Positions 20,609 through 31,888 are shown, numbered from the stretch's first letter. The stretch is DNA of 64,000 bases from an uncultured Chloroflexia bacterium (GCA_963813335.1 CAWEYL010000001.1:832001-896000), one strand, 5' to 3'. The notes: generated from the letters alone by a model not told the origin. Translations and numbers: made by a program.

Positions 20609-21996
20609 GCGCCTGGGCGCGGCCGGCGGCGGGCGTACACGACCAGGCCGAGGACGGCGGCGAACAGGGCCACCACGACCACGATCACGAGGGCGACCGG
20701 GGAATCCGACGCCGCCCCATCCGGGCTCGTCGCGGGGGCGTGGCTGGCGGCCGGGAACTGGCTCGCGCCCGGTGCGGGCGAGGGTCCGGGCGCCCAGCCG
20801 GCGGGCAGCGGTCCGGCCGGCGCGGGTCGCGGTCCCTGGCGGACCGGGGTCTCGGCCTGCAGGTCGGCCAGCCAGGCCGCTTCGAACCCGTCGACGTCCG
20901 CGCCGATGGCCGCGGTGAACGCCTCGTCGTCGGTCCGGCCGTCGGCATACGACGAGATGAGCTTCACCAGCGCGTCCTGTCCGTACGTGCGGACGAAGAA
21001 GTCGACCGCCGATACGCTCTCGCCGTAGGCGAGCCGGAACCGGTCCTCGCTGGTCGGGAACTGGCCGACGAGCCCGGACAGCGGGATCAGGGTCCGCTGC
21101 CGGGCGGCGCCGACCACCGCCGAGCGGTAGTCGACCGGATAGCCCTCGCTCTCGTAGACGGCCAGGCCCTCGTTGAGCCAGCGCGGCGGGAAGTGGTACG
21201 GGTTGTGGACCGCCGTGTCGAACACGAGATGCGTCAGCTCGTGGGGGATGACGGTGCCGACCCACGCGTCGTCGATCTGGGCCGGCGGGATCAGGGCGAA
21301 CAACGTCCGGATCTCCGCGTCCGCCTGACCCCCGACGTTCTCGCGCGTCGACGGTCCCAGGGCGTCGTAGAACGAGGCCTGGTCGGCGTAGATGAAGAAG
21401 TCGACGGGCTCCTCCTCGGTGACGCCGAGCAGGGTCGCCGACTTCTCGATGCCGTCCTCGCCGATCTTGAGCGCCCGCGCCCCGAAGGCGTCCGAGCCCT
21501 CGTACCAGTGCACGCGCACGATCGACCCGCTCTTGGTCTTCCACGTGAACCGCTCGTCGGCGTAGACGAGGCTGGCCTGCGGCCCGGTCACCGGCGCGGA
21601 ACCGTCCATCGCCGTCACCCGCCACTGGCCGCGCACCGGGGTGTTCGGCAGCAGGTGATCCGTGCTCGTATCGACGTGATAGGTCAGGGTCTGCGCCCCG
21701 GTGCCGGCGGGCGCGTCGACCTCGATGACCTCGGGGCCGATGGCGCCGTCGACCGTCAGGAGCAGCTCGACCCGCTGGAGGGCGCGGCTCACGGTGACCG
21801 GCTGCGTGAAGACGATGTCCTTCCCGAACGACCCGCTGACCGTCGGGGTCCCGAACTCGACCGGGTCGGCGGCACGCACGGGCCCGGCGAGCGGCACGAG
21901 GCCCAGGGACAGCAGCATGACCGCGCCGAGCGCCGCGCGGGCGCCGGCGCGGGCGAGGGCGTCCCGTGGTCCGCGCACCACCGTCAGTCCGCCCAT
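20605..21996 (-). CDS. Peptidase MA-family (gluzincin) secreted, membrane-anchored metallopeptidase
   Basis: Signal peptide, IPHELTHL, PRWLNEGLAVY, Pro-rich linker, C-terminal TM plus RRR; start uncertain (21981-21996). Confidence 0.82.
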   Translation of the reverse strand: MGGLTVVRGPRDALARAGARAALGAVMLLSLGLVPLAGPVRAADPVEFGTPTVSGSFGKDIVFTQPVTVSRALQRVELLLTVDGAIGPEVIEVDAPAGTGAQTLTYHVDTSTDHLLPNTPVRGQWRVTAMDGSAPVTGPQASLVYADERFTWKTKSGSIVRVHWYEGSDAFGARALKIGEDGIEKSATLLGVTEEEPVDFFIYADQASFYDALGPSTRENVGGQADAEIRTLFALIPPAQIDDAWVGTVIPHELTHLVFDTAVHNPYHFPPRWLNEGLAVYESEGYPVDYRSAVVGAARQRTLIPLSGLVGQFPTSEDRFRLAYGESVSAVDFFVRTYGQDALVKLISSYADGRTDDEAFTAAIGADVDGFEAAWLADLQAETPVRQGPRPAPAGPLPAGWAPGPSPAPGASQFPAASHAPATSPDGAASDSPVALVIVVVVALFAAVLGLVVYARRRPRPGA

Positions 21997-23564
21997 GCCA
22001 GCCCGGCCATCCGCAGGTTCCCCAGCCCGTTCTGTCCGGCGCCGAGCAACCCGTCCCGGGACAGCGCCCAGCCGGTGCCATACGCCATCGGGAAGACGGG
22101 GACCTCGCGCCCGACGATCGCCTCGGCGCGGTCGTAGGCCGCGTTGGCGGCGGCCGCGTCGGTCGCGGCGCCGGCCTCGGCGATGGCGGCATCGAACTCG
22201 GGGTCGTGCCACTTGCCGAAGTCGTTGGTCGAATCCTTGCCGAGCAGCACGCCGAGGAAGTCGTTGCGGCTCGGGTAGTCCGCCACCCAGCCCAGCGACC
22301 AGATGGCCGGCGGGTCGGCCAGGATCCGCTGGTAGTAGTCGCTGAACGCCATCGTCTCGTAGGTGACGGTGATGCCGAGCTCGCGTTTGAGCTCGCCGAC
22401 GATCGCCTCGTCGAACGAGCCGCCCCCGGTCAGCATCGTGATCGCCGGGAAGCCCGCGCCACCCGGGTAGCCGGCCTTCGCCAGCAGGGCGCGGGCGGCG
22501 TCGGGGTCGTGCTTCGGGAACGCGTCGACATCCGAGCGTCCCGGGATGCCCGGCGGGACCATCGAGGTCGGCGACGGGTCGTCGCCGGTCGGCGATCCGA
22601 GGACCGAGATGCGTCGCCAGTCGACGGCCATCGCCACCGCCTGGCGTACCTCGGCCTTGTCGAACGGGGGCCGGCTCGTGTCGAAGCCGTAGTACTGGAC
22701 GACGAACTGCGGGACCTCGCGGAGCTGCGGGCCGAGCGTCTCGTCATAGCCGATCCACGAAGCATCCGATCCGTCGATCGGGGTGTAGTCGAGATCGCCG
22801 GCCTCGAAGACCTCGACCGGGCTGCGGCCGGCGATATCGGTCACGAGCTCGATGGTCGTGATGGCCGGCTTTCCGGCCCAGTAGTGGTCGTTCGCGCTCA
22901 GCGTCATGCCGGTGTCGGAGGTGGCGGTCGCGGTGTACCCGCCGCTGCCGACGAAGCCGTTCCCCGGTCGGAAGGCGGCGGCCCCGCGGTCCGCGCTCGA
23001 CGGCACGATCCCGAACGACGGACTCGAGACGACATCGACGAAGTCGGCGGCGGGTCGGACCAGTCCGACCGTCACGTTGCCGCTGGCGTCGTCGGCGTGC
23101 AGGGCCACGGACGCGGGATCGGCGACGGCGCGGGTCATGTAGGCCTGGGCGCCATCGATGACCAGCGCGAGGGACGCGAGCGGCGACGGATGCGCCGGGT
23201 CGATCAGGCGCAGCCAGCTACGGACCACGTCGCTCGCGCGGAGGGGGGTGCCGTCCGAGAACGAGAGGTTCGGGCGGATGTGGAACACGATCTGCTTCCC
23301 GTCATCCGCGATCTGCCACGAATCGGCGAGCGCCGGCTGGAGCTGGAGGTTGCCGTCGAACGTGGTCAGCGTCTCGAAGAGCTGCGCCGTGACGGCGGCG
23401 CTGTCAGCGTCGCCCTGGGCGGCCGGGTCGAGGGTCGCGGGCTCGCCGACGAGGATCCTGGCCGGCCGATCGGCCCCGACGGCCGCGGCGGACGACCCGA
23501 CGAGCACGGCTACCGTGACGGCGAGTGCGACGAGCGGCGAGAGGAAACGGGACCGGCGGCGCAT
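21984..23564 (-). CDS. Peptide ABC transporter substrate-binding protein (OppA/family 5)
   Basis: TLDPA, LFETL, PALADSW, FSDGTPLRASDVVRSW, PFDKAEVRQAVAMAVD, WVADYP. Confidence 0.88.
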   Translation of the reverse strand: MRRRSRFLSPLVALAVTVAVLVGSSAAAVGADRPARILVGEPATLDPAAQGDADSAAVTAQLFETLTTFDGNLQLQPALADSWQIADDGKQIVFHIRPNLSFSDGTPLRASDVVRSWLRLIDPAHPSPLASLALVIDGAQAYMTRAVADPASVALHADDASGNVTVGLVRPAADFVDVVSSPSFGIVPSSADRGAAAFRPGNGFVGSGGYTATATSDTGMTLSANDHYWAGKPAITTIELVTDIAGRSPVEVFEAGDLDYTPIDGSDASWIGYDETLGPQLREVPQFVVQYYGFDTSRPPFDKAEVRQAVAMAVDWRRISVLGSPTGDDPSPTSMVPPGIPGRSDVDAFPKHDPDAARALLAKAGYPGGAGFPAITMLTGGGSFDEAIVGELKRELGITVTYETMAFSDYYQRILADPPAIWSLGWVADYPSRNDFLGVLLGKDSTNDFGKWHDPEFDAAIAEAGAATDAAAANAAYDRAEAIVGREVPVFPMAYGTGWALSRDGLLGAGQNGLGNLRMAGLAWAD

Positions 23565-23662
23565 CGGCGGGAGTATACGGGCGGGTCGCCGAGAGCCCTT
23601 CCGGGCGGCCGGGCGCCCTCGCGGTACGATGGCCGCCGGTCCCTCCCAAGCGAGTCAGCCCC

Positions 23663-25231
23663 GTGCCCCTCAGCCTGCGCGACACCCTCTCCCGATCCAT
23701 CCGCCCCGTCGAGCCGCTCGAACCGGGCCGCGTCCGCATGTACACCTGCGGGCCGACGGTCTACCGCTACGCGCACGTGGGGAACCTGCGCAGCTACCTG
23801 CTGGCCGACCTGATCCGGCGGACGCTGCTGTACCACGGGATCGAGGTCTTCCACGTCAAGAACATCACGGACGTGGGGCACCTGCGCGACGAGCGCTTCG
23901 ACCGCGGCGAGGACCGGATGCTCGTCCAGGCCGGCCTCGAGCACAAGACGCCGGCCGAGATCGCGGCGGCATACGAGGCCGCGTTCCACGCCGACGAGGC
24001 CCTGGTCAACATCCTGCCCGCCAACGTCTTCCCGCGGGCGACGGAGCACATCCCCGAGATGGTGGCGCTCGCCGAACGCCTCGAGGACGCGGGCCACGCC
24101 TACGCGAGCGCCGAGGGCAACCTCTACTACTCGGTCGCGTCGTTCCCCGACTACGGCCGGCTCTCGGGCAACACCCTCGACGAGCTGCGCGCCGGCCACC
24201 GCGGCGAGATCGAGCCGGACAAGCGCGACTCGGCCGACTTCGCGCTGTGGAAGGCGGCCGGCGAGGGCCGCCTGCTCAAGTGGGCCACCCCACGCTGGGG
24301 CGAGGGCTACCCGGGCTGGCACCTCGAGTGCTCGGCGATGGCGATGCGCTATCTGGGCGACCGGTTCGACATCCACACCGGCGGGATCGACAACGTCTTC
24401 CCGCACCACGAGGACGAGATCGCCCAGTCGGCGCCGTTCGTGGGCGGGGTCCCGGCCAACCACTGGGTCCACGGCGAGTTCCTGCTGATGTCCGGCAAGA
24501 AGATGGCCAAGTCGGCCGGCAACTTCCAGCGCGTCACCGAGCTTGCCGAGCGCGGCATCGACCCGCTGGCGTTCCGCTATCTCGTGCTGACCTCGCGCTA
24601 CGCGCACAAGCTCGACTACTCGGACGAGTCCATCGACGGCGCCGCGTCGGCGCTTGCTTCGCTGCGGTCGCGGCTGCGGTCGCTCGGTCCGCCGCCGGCC
24701 GACGGCGTGTGGCGGGCGCCCGCCCCGCTCCGACCGGGTGCTGCCGGCGACCGCCCGGTCGGCATCGCGCCCGGTCCGTTGGGCCATGGCAGTGCGGACG
24801 GCACCCTGGACCGGGTCGATCGCGCCACCGCACCCGATGTCCCGCTCTCGGATGCCGGGCGGACGCTGCACCAGCGCTTCGTCGACGCCATCGATGACGA
24901 CCTTGACCTGCCGACGGCCCTGGTCACGGTCCGCGAGGCGCTGCGGTCGGACCTCCCGGCCGATGAGCGCCGCTACCTCGTGCTCGATGCCGACCGGGTC
25001 CTCGGACTCGACCTCGACCGCGTCTGGGACGAGCCCTCGGGCGCGGACGCGGTCCCCGACGACGTCCAGGCGCTGGCCGACGAGCGGGCGGCGGCTCGTG
25101 CGGCGCGGGACTTCGCCCGGGCCGACGCGCTGCGCGCCGAGATCGAGGCGGCGGGCTGGGAGGTCGTGGATGCGGCCGACGGCTCGACCGTCCGGCGCAG
25201 GGCCGGGAGGCCGAGGTCTAGCGGGAGCTGA
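23663..25231 (+). CDS. cysS: Cysteine--tRNA ligase
   Basis: MYTCGPTVY, HVGN, NITDVGH, DFALWK, GYPGWHLECSAM, DIHTGGID, FPHHEDE, KMAKS; C-terminal anticodon-binding helix ARAARDFARADALRAEI. Confidence 0.95.
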   Translation: MPLSLRDTLSRSIRPVEPLEPGRVRMYTCGPTVYRYAHVGNLRSYLLADLIRRTLLYHGIEVFHVKNITDVGHLRDERFDRGEDRMLVQAGLEHKTPAEIAAAYEAAFHADEALVNILPANVFPRATEHIPEMVALAERLEDAGHAYASAEGNLYYSVASFPDYGRLSGNTLDELRAGHRGEIEPDKRDSADFALWKAAGEGRLLKWATPRWGEGYPGWHLECSAMAMRYLGDRFDIHTGGIDNVFPHHEDEIAQSAPFVGGVPANHWVHGEFLLMSGKKMAKSAGNFQRVTELAERGIDPLAFRYLVLTSRYAHKLDYSDESIDGAASALASLRSRLRSLGPPPADGVWRAPAPLRPGAAGDRPVGIAPGPLGHGSADGTLDRVDRATAPDVPLSDAGRTLHQRFVDAIDDDLDLPTALVTVREALRSDLPADERRYLVLDADRVLGLDLDRVWDEPSGADAVPDDVQALADERAAARAARDFARADALRAEIEAAGWEVVDAADGSTVRRRAGRPRSSGS

Positions 25232-26189
25232 CGAGCAGGTCCCGCCGCGGGCCGAACCGGTCGATGATCCGGTAGAAGTTGCGCTTGCTCTGCCGATCGC
25301 GCTCGTCGTCGGGGAGGCTCGTCCAGCCGCGATGCTCGTGGCGGGCCAGCGGGAGGCCCTCGAGCGCGACCGCTCGGCGCGGCGTCTCCCCTGCCCCTTC
25401 GTCGCGGAGCACCAGGCTCCACCAGATGTCCAGGTTGCGGTAGAAGCGGAACTTGGGGTCGAACGGGCCGCGATCGCGGTAGTCGTCGCGGCGGAACGCC
25501 TGGACGTAGCCCTCGATCGCGTCGACGTCGCCGAGCGGCGCGTCGCGGAACTTCCGCAGGTCGTCGGAGACGATCCCGAAGGCGCCGGCGACCGCGATCG
25601 TCGGGTCCTCCAGGGCTCGACGCAGCGGGGTGACGAGGTCGCCGGTCGGTTCGACACTGGTGTCCGCGACGATGACCACGGCGCCGGTCGCGCGACGGAG
25701 CCCGATATCGAGCGCCTCGCCGTGGCCGAGCCGCGTCCCCGTCCAGGTGACCTCGAGCGGCCGGTCCGGATCGGCGGGCTCGCCTTCGAGGGCCGCCAGC
25801 CGCGCCGCCTGCTCCTCCGACGGCGCATCGGCGACCACGACGAGGCTCGTGCCGGCCGGAGCCTGCGCGCGCCACGCGGCGAGGGCGCGGTCCAGGTCCG
25901 CCGGCCAGTCCGTGGCGACCAGCACGACGGTTGCCTCGCCGACCGACGGCTCGTCCAGCCGCGACGGGACCGAGCGGCTCGACCCGTAGCGGATCCGCGC
26001 CCCCTCGTCGACGTCGGGGGCCGCGATCGGCGACAGCGCGAAGTCGGTCCCGCGGTCCACGACCTTCCAGCCGGCGGCCTCGATCTCCGCACGGAGCGCG
26101 TCGGCGCGCGCCCAATCGCGGTCGGCGCGGGCCTGCGATCGGGCATGGGCGGCGGAGAGGATCTCGTCGGGGATGCGCGTCCGCGTCAT
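25218..26189 (-). CDS. GT2/GT-A-fold glycosyltransferase-like protein with N-terminal CysRS C-terminal (anticodon-binding) domain
   Basis: N-terminal ARADRDWARADALRAEIEAAGWKVVD; then ATVVLVATD, LVVVADA, LGHGEALDIGLRRATGAVVIVADTS, DVDAIEG, GPFDPKFRFYRNLD. Confidence 0.75.
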   Translation of the reverse strand: MTRTRIPDEILSAAHARSQARADRDWARADALRAEIEAAGWKVVDRGTDFALSPIAAPDVDEGARIRYGSSRSVPSRLDEPSVGEATVVLVATDWPADLDRALAAWRAQAPAGTSLVVVADAPSEEQAARLAALEGEPADPDRPLEVTWTGTRLGHGEALDIGLRRATGAVVIVADTSVEPTGDLVTPLRRALEDPTIAVAGAFGIVSDDLRKFRDAPLGDVDAIEGYVQAFRRDDYRDRGPFDPKFRFYRNLDIWWSLVLRDEGAGETPRRAVALEGLPLARHEHRGWTSLPDDERDRQSKRNFYRIIDRFGPRRDLLVSSR

Positions 26190-26222
26190 CGGGGCAGGAT
26201 AGCGGCCGTTAGCATTCAGGCC

Positions 26223-26975
26223 GTGGACGACATCGCCGACCGGAAGGAGCTGATCCGGCATCCGGGTTACGAGCTCTTCATCCTCGGGCTCTCCGTCTTT
26301 TCGATCTTCAACATCTTCATCGCGCTCCTGGCGAACGATCCGCAGATCGTCTCGATCGTCGAGATCGTCGACGCCCTGTCCTGCATCGTCTTTCTTGGCG
26401 ATTTCGCCTACCGGCTGATCTCGGCCCCGGACCGTCGGGCGTACATGAAATGGGGCTGGCTCGACCTCCTCGGGAGCTTCCCGTTCCCGGGCTTCCGCCT
26501 GCTCCGGACCGTCAGGATCTTCCGGGTCGTCCGGAGCATGCAGTTCGTCGGCGGACCCGCGATCCTGCGCACCCTGCTGCGCGATCGGGCCGGCAGCGCG
26601 ATCCTCGCGGTCTTCCTGATCACCATCATCGTGCTCGAATTCGCGGCGATCTTCATGCTGATCGCGGAGCGCGGCGACCCGGCCGCCAACATCAAGACCG
26701 GCGGCGACGCGCTGTGGTGGGCGCTCGTGTCGGTCACGACGGTGGGCTACGGCGACCGCTACCCCGTGACCGTCGGCGGCCGCTTCGTCGGCGCGGTCAC
26801 CCTGATCGTCGGAATCGGCCTGTTCAGCACGATCACCGGCTTCCTCGCCACCAAGCTTGCCAACCGGGCCAGCGATCAGCCCGTGCCACCGCCGCCGCTC
26901 GCGCACGAGGCTCGCGAGGCGGAGGGCGTCGTCGATCGCAGCGGGGCGGCCGACGGTCCGTCGGCCCGTCCGTAA
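26223..26975 (+). CDS. Voltage-gated-type potassium channel (ion transporter)
   Basis: 6 TM segments, S4-like FRLLRTVRIFRVVR, pore DALWWALVSVTTVGYGDRYP. Confidence 0.92.
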   Translation: MDDIADRKELIRHPGYELFILGLSVFSIFNIFIALLANDPQIVSIVEIVDALSCIVFLGDFAYRLISAPDRRAYMKWGWLDLLGSFPFPGFRLLRTVRIFRVVRSMQFVGGPAILRTLLRDRAGSAILAVFLITIIVLEFAAIFMLIAERGDPAANIKTGGDALWWALVSVTTVGYGDRYPVTVGGRFVGAVTLIVGIGLFSTITGFLATKLANRASDQPVPPPPLAHEAREAEGVVDRSGAADGPSARP

Positions 26976-27182
26976 CGAGGCTGCAAGCCCGACGACCGCG
27001 CAGGGTTCTCGCCGCCGTGATGGACGCGCGCCTACGCTCCGGGCGGCGACGCCCCGCGACCCTCGTGGTCAGCAGCGTACCGACCTGACCCGGCCGGCGA
27101 CGGCGGGTCCCCGCGTGCCCCGGCCGATCCGTCCGACGCCGGCCGGGGCATGTGCCACCGCACGTCCCACCGAGGTGACCCC

Positions 27183-27572
27183 ATGTCGACCACCCGGCCG
27201 GTGCCTCCACGCTTCGAACGCGCAGCAGATGCGGCCACCCGCGCGCTCGGCTCGATGCCCGCGCTCGTCGGCTCGGTCCTGCTGGTGGTCGTGTGGGCAG
27301 CCACCGGACCGCTCTTCCAGTTCTCGGACACGTGGCAGCTGTTCATCAACACCACGACGACGGTGGTCACGTTCTGGATGGTGTTCGTGATCCAGAACAG
27401 CGCGAACCGCGAGGCGAAGGCGACCCAGCTCAAGCTTGACGAGCTGATCCGGGCGCTCGGCGACGCCCGCGACGAGTTCGTGCTCGTCGAGCGCGAGTCA
27501 GCCGCGGAGCTCGAGGCGCGCGAGAAGGGGTTCGAGCGCGTCGCCGCCGAGGGTCGGTCCGCCCAGGCCTGA
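27183..27572 (+). CDS. Low-affinity iron permease family protein (Fet4-like)
   Basis: GPLFQFSDTWQLFINTTTTVVTFWMVFVIQNS...QLKLDELIRA. Confidence 0.88.
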   Translation: MSTTRPVPPRFERAADAATRALGSMPALVGSVLLVVVWAATGPLFQFSDTWQLFINTTTTVVTFWMVFVIQNSANREAKATQLKLDELIRALGDARDEFVLVERESAAELEAREKGFERVAAEGRSAQA

Positions 27573-27592
27573 CGTGCGGCGGTCCCGCGCGG

Positions 27593-28006
27593 TCAGGCCC
27601 CGGGCTCGAACCGCTGCCCGTCGAAGGCCATCGACGCCCGGATGACGTCATCGATCACGGCCATGTCGACGTCCGCGTTGCGCTTGAAGCGGATGCAGCC
27701 GCGGCCGAGGCTGGCTTTCGGCAACCGGTCCGCATACGCCTCGACGCCCATCGGGCCCGCATAGAGCGAGATGTACGCCTTGTTCGAGGCAAGCGCGACG
27801 CACATCCACTCGCCGGTCCGGCCCGACGCATACCGGTAGCCATAGCGCCCGTAGCTCAGGAACCCGTGGTCGACGTACCGCCGGGCATCCGGGGCGATCG
27901 CCCGGATCCGGGCATCCAGCTCCTCGAGCTGTGGGCGGCGGACGTCGTCGAGGGCCGCCAGCCAGGCGTCCGCTTCGACTGGTGGCGTCGCGCGTTTGCC
28001 GTACAT
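27593..28006 (-). CDS. DUF1801 (YdhG-like) protein
   Basis: YGRYGYRYASGRTGEW, LASNKAYISLY, GRGCIRFK. Confidence 0.8.
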   Translation of the reverse strand: MYGKRATPPVEADAWLAALDDVRRPQLEELDARIRAIAPDARRYVDHGFLSYGRYGYRYASGRTGEWMCVALASNKAYISLYAGPMGVEAYADRLPKASLGRGCIRFKRNADVDMAVIDDVIRASMAFDGQRFEPGA

Positions 28007-28035
28007 CGGCCCATCCTATCGGGCCGTCGCAAGCG

Positions 28036-29922
28036 CTAGCGGCCCACCTGGATGACGCCATTCCAGAGGACGTAGTGCGTTCGATACGTGTCCGAGTGGA
28101 TGACCTTGCCGCCCTTGCGGACGACGCGCGAGACCGAGACATCCATCCCGTTCGCCGGGAACTCGGTCTGCAGACGCACGCCCGGCCGCAGCGTCGAGAC
28201 GTAGTCGATCGAGGTCGTCGCCTGCCGGACGTTGGACACCGAGGGGCTGCTCAGGCCGACCGTGCGTCCGTCCGGGATCCCCCAGATCTCGTAGCGCACC
28301 CAGCCCCGCCCGCCGGCCGTGTACCGGTACGAGCGGATCACGATCGGGTTCTTCATGTCGTTCGTGAACGACATCGTCTGGGTGCCGCCACCGCGGGTCT
28401 TCGACACGGTCGCATCGAGGCCGAGCGGGTAGCGATAGATGTAGTACTTGTGATTCGAGCGCGCGCCCATCTGCAGCCCGGCCCGCAGCGCCGCGTTGAA
28501 CAGCGTCGTCGAGCTCGAGCACATGCCACCGCCGAGGGCGCCCGTCGGTTCCGTGTGGTCCCCGGCGATGAACCCACCCGGGCCGAAGCCGCGCGACGGC
28601 GTGACCGGCCCGACCGCGCTCCACCACTCGAACTTCTGGCCGGGCCGGAGGACGGTCCCATCGATGATCCTGGCCGGGATCCAGATGTTGGCTCCGAAGA
28701 AGTTGTGGTCGTTGACCGGGAACCAGGTCTTCCACGTGCCCAGGATCTGCATGACCGGCGCCGTCTTCGCCGCCTGCTCGGTCGTCAGCTTCGGGGCCAC
28801 GGCCGCGAGCTTGACCTTGACGCTCGGCACCTTGGCCCCGCCCGCCCGGCCGTCGAGCACCTGCATGATGGCGGCCGAGGTCGCCACCGGGTCGAGCTTG
28901 CGACCGGGCTTGTCGGGCGTGACCCCGACGATCTTGCCGTTGCGCGCCTTCAGGTAGGAAGCGGAGACCGCCGGGATCTTCACGGCCTTGGCGACGTTCG
29001 TCAGGGCCTTGGCGATCGCGGTCCGGTCGACCACCGGCCAGGGCGAGCCGTCGGCCTGCGTTCCGAACTGGATCCAGCTCCGGACGACGGCGGCCTTGAT
29101 GGCCCATCTGTCACTGCCATGCGTCACCACGATCCCACGGGCCATCCGCTCCGCGGCGTACTTCGCCGCGAGCGTGTCGACCAGGCCGTGCGCCGGCTGG
29201 ATCGTGACGCCATCCGCCTCCACCACGAGCTCGTCCGGTGCGTCGGTCCGGCCGAGTGCGGCCACGGCCGTCGCGGCGGCGGTCGTGCCATCGAAGGACC
29301 GGCCGGTCTGGCTTGGCGTCACCGTGATCGTCTTGGGACCCATGACCACATGGCTGTCAAGCGCCGGCCGTGTCAGCCGAGCGAGTCCCGCGTCGATCTT
29401 CGCGGTGAGCGCCGCGGGGTCCAGCGACAGCCACGGCTCCAGCGTCAGTCCCGTGGCCGCCATGCGGACCTCACCGACCGCCCGCTCCAGGGGTGTCCCG
29501 GCGCGCCCGGTCGCCATCGCCGCATCGACCATCTCGTCGACGCTCGCGCGTCGCGAGAACTCGGCGTACGGGATCGTGACATCGCCCGCACTCGTCCTGA
29601 CGACGAGGCGTCCGGCGCCATAGCCCGCGAAGGCCGCCTTGAGTGCCGCCGTCGCCTGCGCCCGGTCCATGCCCGACAGGTCGGTGCCACCCACCCGGAC
29701 ACCGGGAAGGACGCGGCCCTCGTAGCTCGCATCCGCGGCGAACAGGCCCGCGCCGGCCAGGGCGACGCACAGCGCGAGCCCGAACACGAACCCGGTGAGC
29801 ATGCGGAGCCAGATGCGCGGCGCGTGACCGGCCGCGGCCGTCCCAGCCGGAGCCTCGGCGACCGGGGTCTCGGTCGCCACGGGAAGCGCGTCGTCGATGG
29901 TCGTGGTCATGGAGGTACGCAT
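28036..29922 (-). CDS. VanW-family protein with N-terminal TM, peptidoglycan-binding repeats and probable G5-like C-terminus
   Basis: GRVLPGVRVGGTDLSGM, IDGTVLRPGQKF, LGGGMCSSSTTLFNAALRAGL, RSNH, YPLGLDATV; start may be 29910. Confidence 0.85.
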   Translation of the reverse strand: MRTSMTTTIDDALPVATETPVAEAPAGTAAAGHAPRIWLRMLTGFVFGLALCVALAGAGLFAADASYEGRVLPGVRVGGTDLSGMDRAQATAALKAAFAGYGAGRLVVRTSAGDVTIPYAEFSRRASVDEMVDAAMATGRAGTPLERAVGEVRMAATGLTLEPWLSLDPAALTAKIDAGLARLTRPALDSHVVMGPKTITVTPSQTGRSFDGTTAAATAVAALGRTDAPDELVVEADGVTIQPAHGLVDTLAAKYAAERMARGIVVTHGSDRWAIKAAVVRSWIQFGTQADGSPWPVVDRTAIAKALTNVAKAVKIPAVSASYLKARNGKIVGVTPDKPGRKLDPVATSAAIMQVLDGRAGGAKVPSVKVKLAAVAPKLTTEQAAKTAPVMQILGTWKTWFPVNDHNFFGANIWIPARIIDGTVLRPGQKFEWWSAVGPVTPSRGFGPGGFIAGDHTEPTGALGGGMCSSSTTLFNAALRAGLQMGARSNHKYYIYRYPLGLDATVSKTRGGGTQTMSFTNDMKNPIVIRSYRYTAGGRGWVRYEIWGIPDGRTVGLSSPSVSNVRQATTSIDYVSTLRPGVRLQTEFPANGMDVSVSRVVRKGGKVIHSDTYRTHYVLWNGVIQVGR

Positions 29923-30040
29923 GATGCACCGCCGGCGTTCCGGGTCAATCCCACCTTCGACAGCGGTCGGTCAGGGGGTAGGCGGTGCTGTGACGCGACG
30001 GAGGCCGGCGATGTTGCCGACGAGCTCCGACGTCTGCGGG

Positions 30041-31789
<1,749 letters not shown>

Positions 31790-31816
31790 TCATGGAAGCC
31801 GGCGGCGCCCGACCGA

Positions 31817-31854
31817 GGAAGGCACGGGTGTTAGGGGTACCCGCAGTGCCTCCC
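31817..31854. promoter_or_regulatory. Imperfect inverted repeat, candidate operator of the divergent MmyB-like regulator
   Basis: GGAAGGCAC...AGGGGTAC-CCGCA-GTGCCTCCC between divergent AKR and HTH genes. Confidence 0.35.
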
Positions 31855-31888
31855 ACGTCGCGGCTACCGGGCCTACCGTAGCGCTGAC

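Noticed and set aside
23663-25231. cysS as MshC (mycothiol ligase) because a glycosyltransferase is adjacent
   Set aside because: It retains the C-terminal anticodon-binding domain that MshC lacks, and the neighbour is GT-A/GT2-like, not GT-B MshA
25090-26130. CysRS/GT similarity as an inverted-repeat misassembly or invertible element
   Set aside because: The copies differ at many synonymous positions, and no recombinase lies nearby
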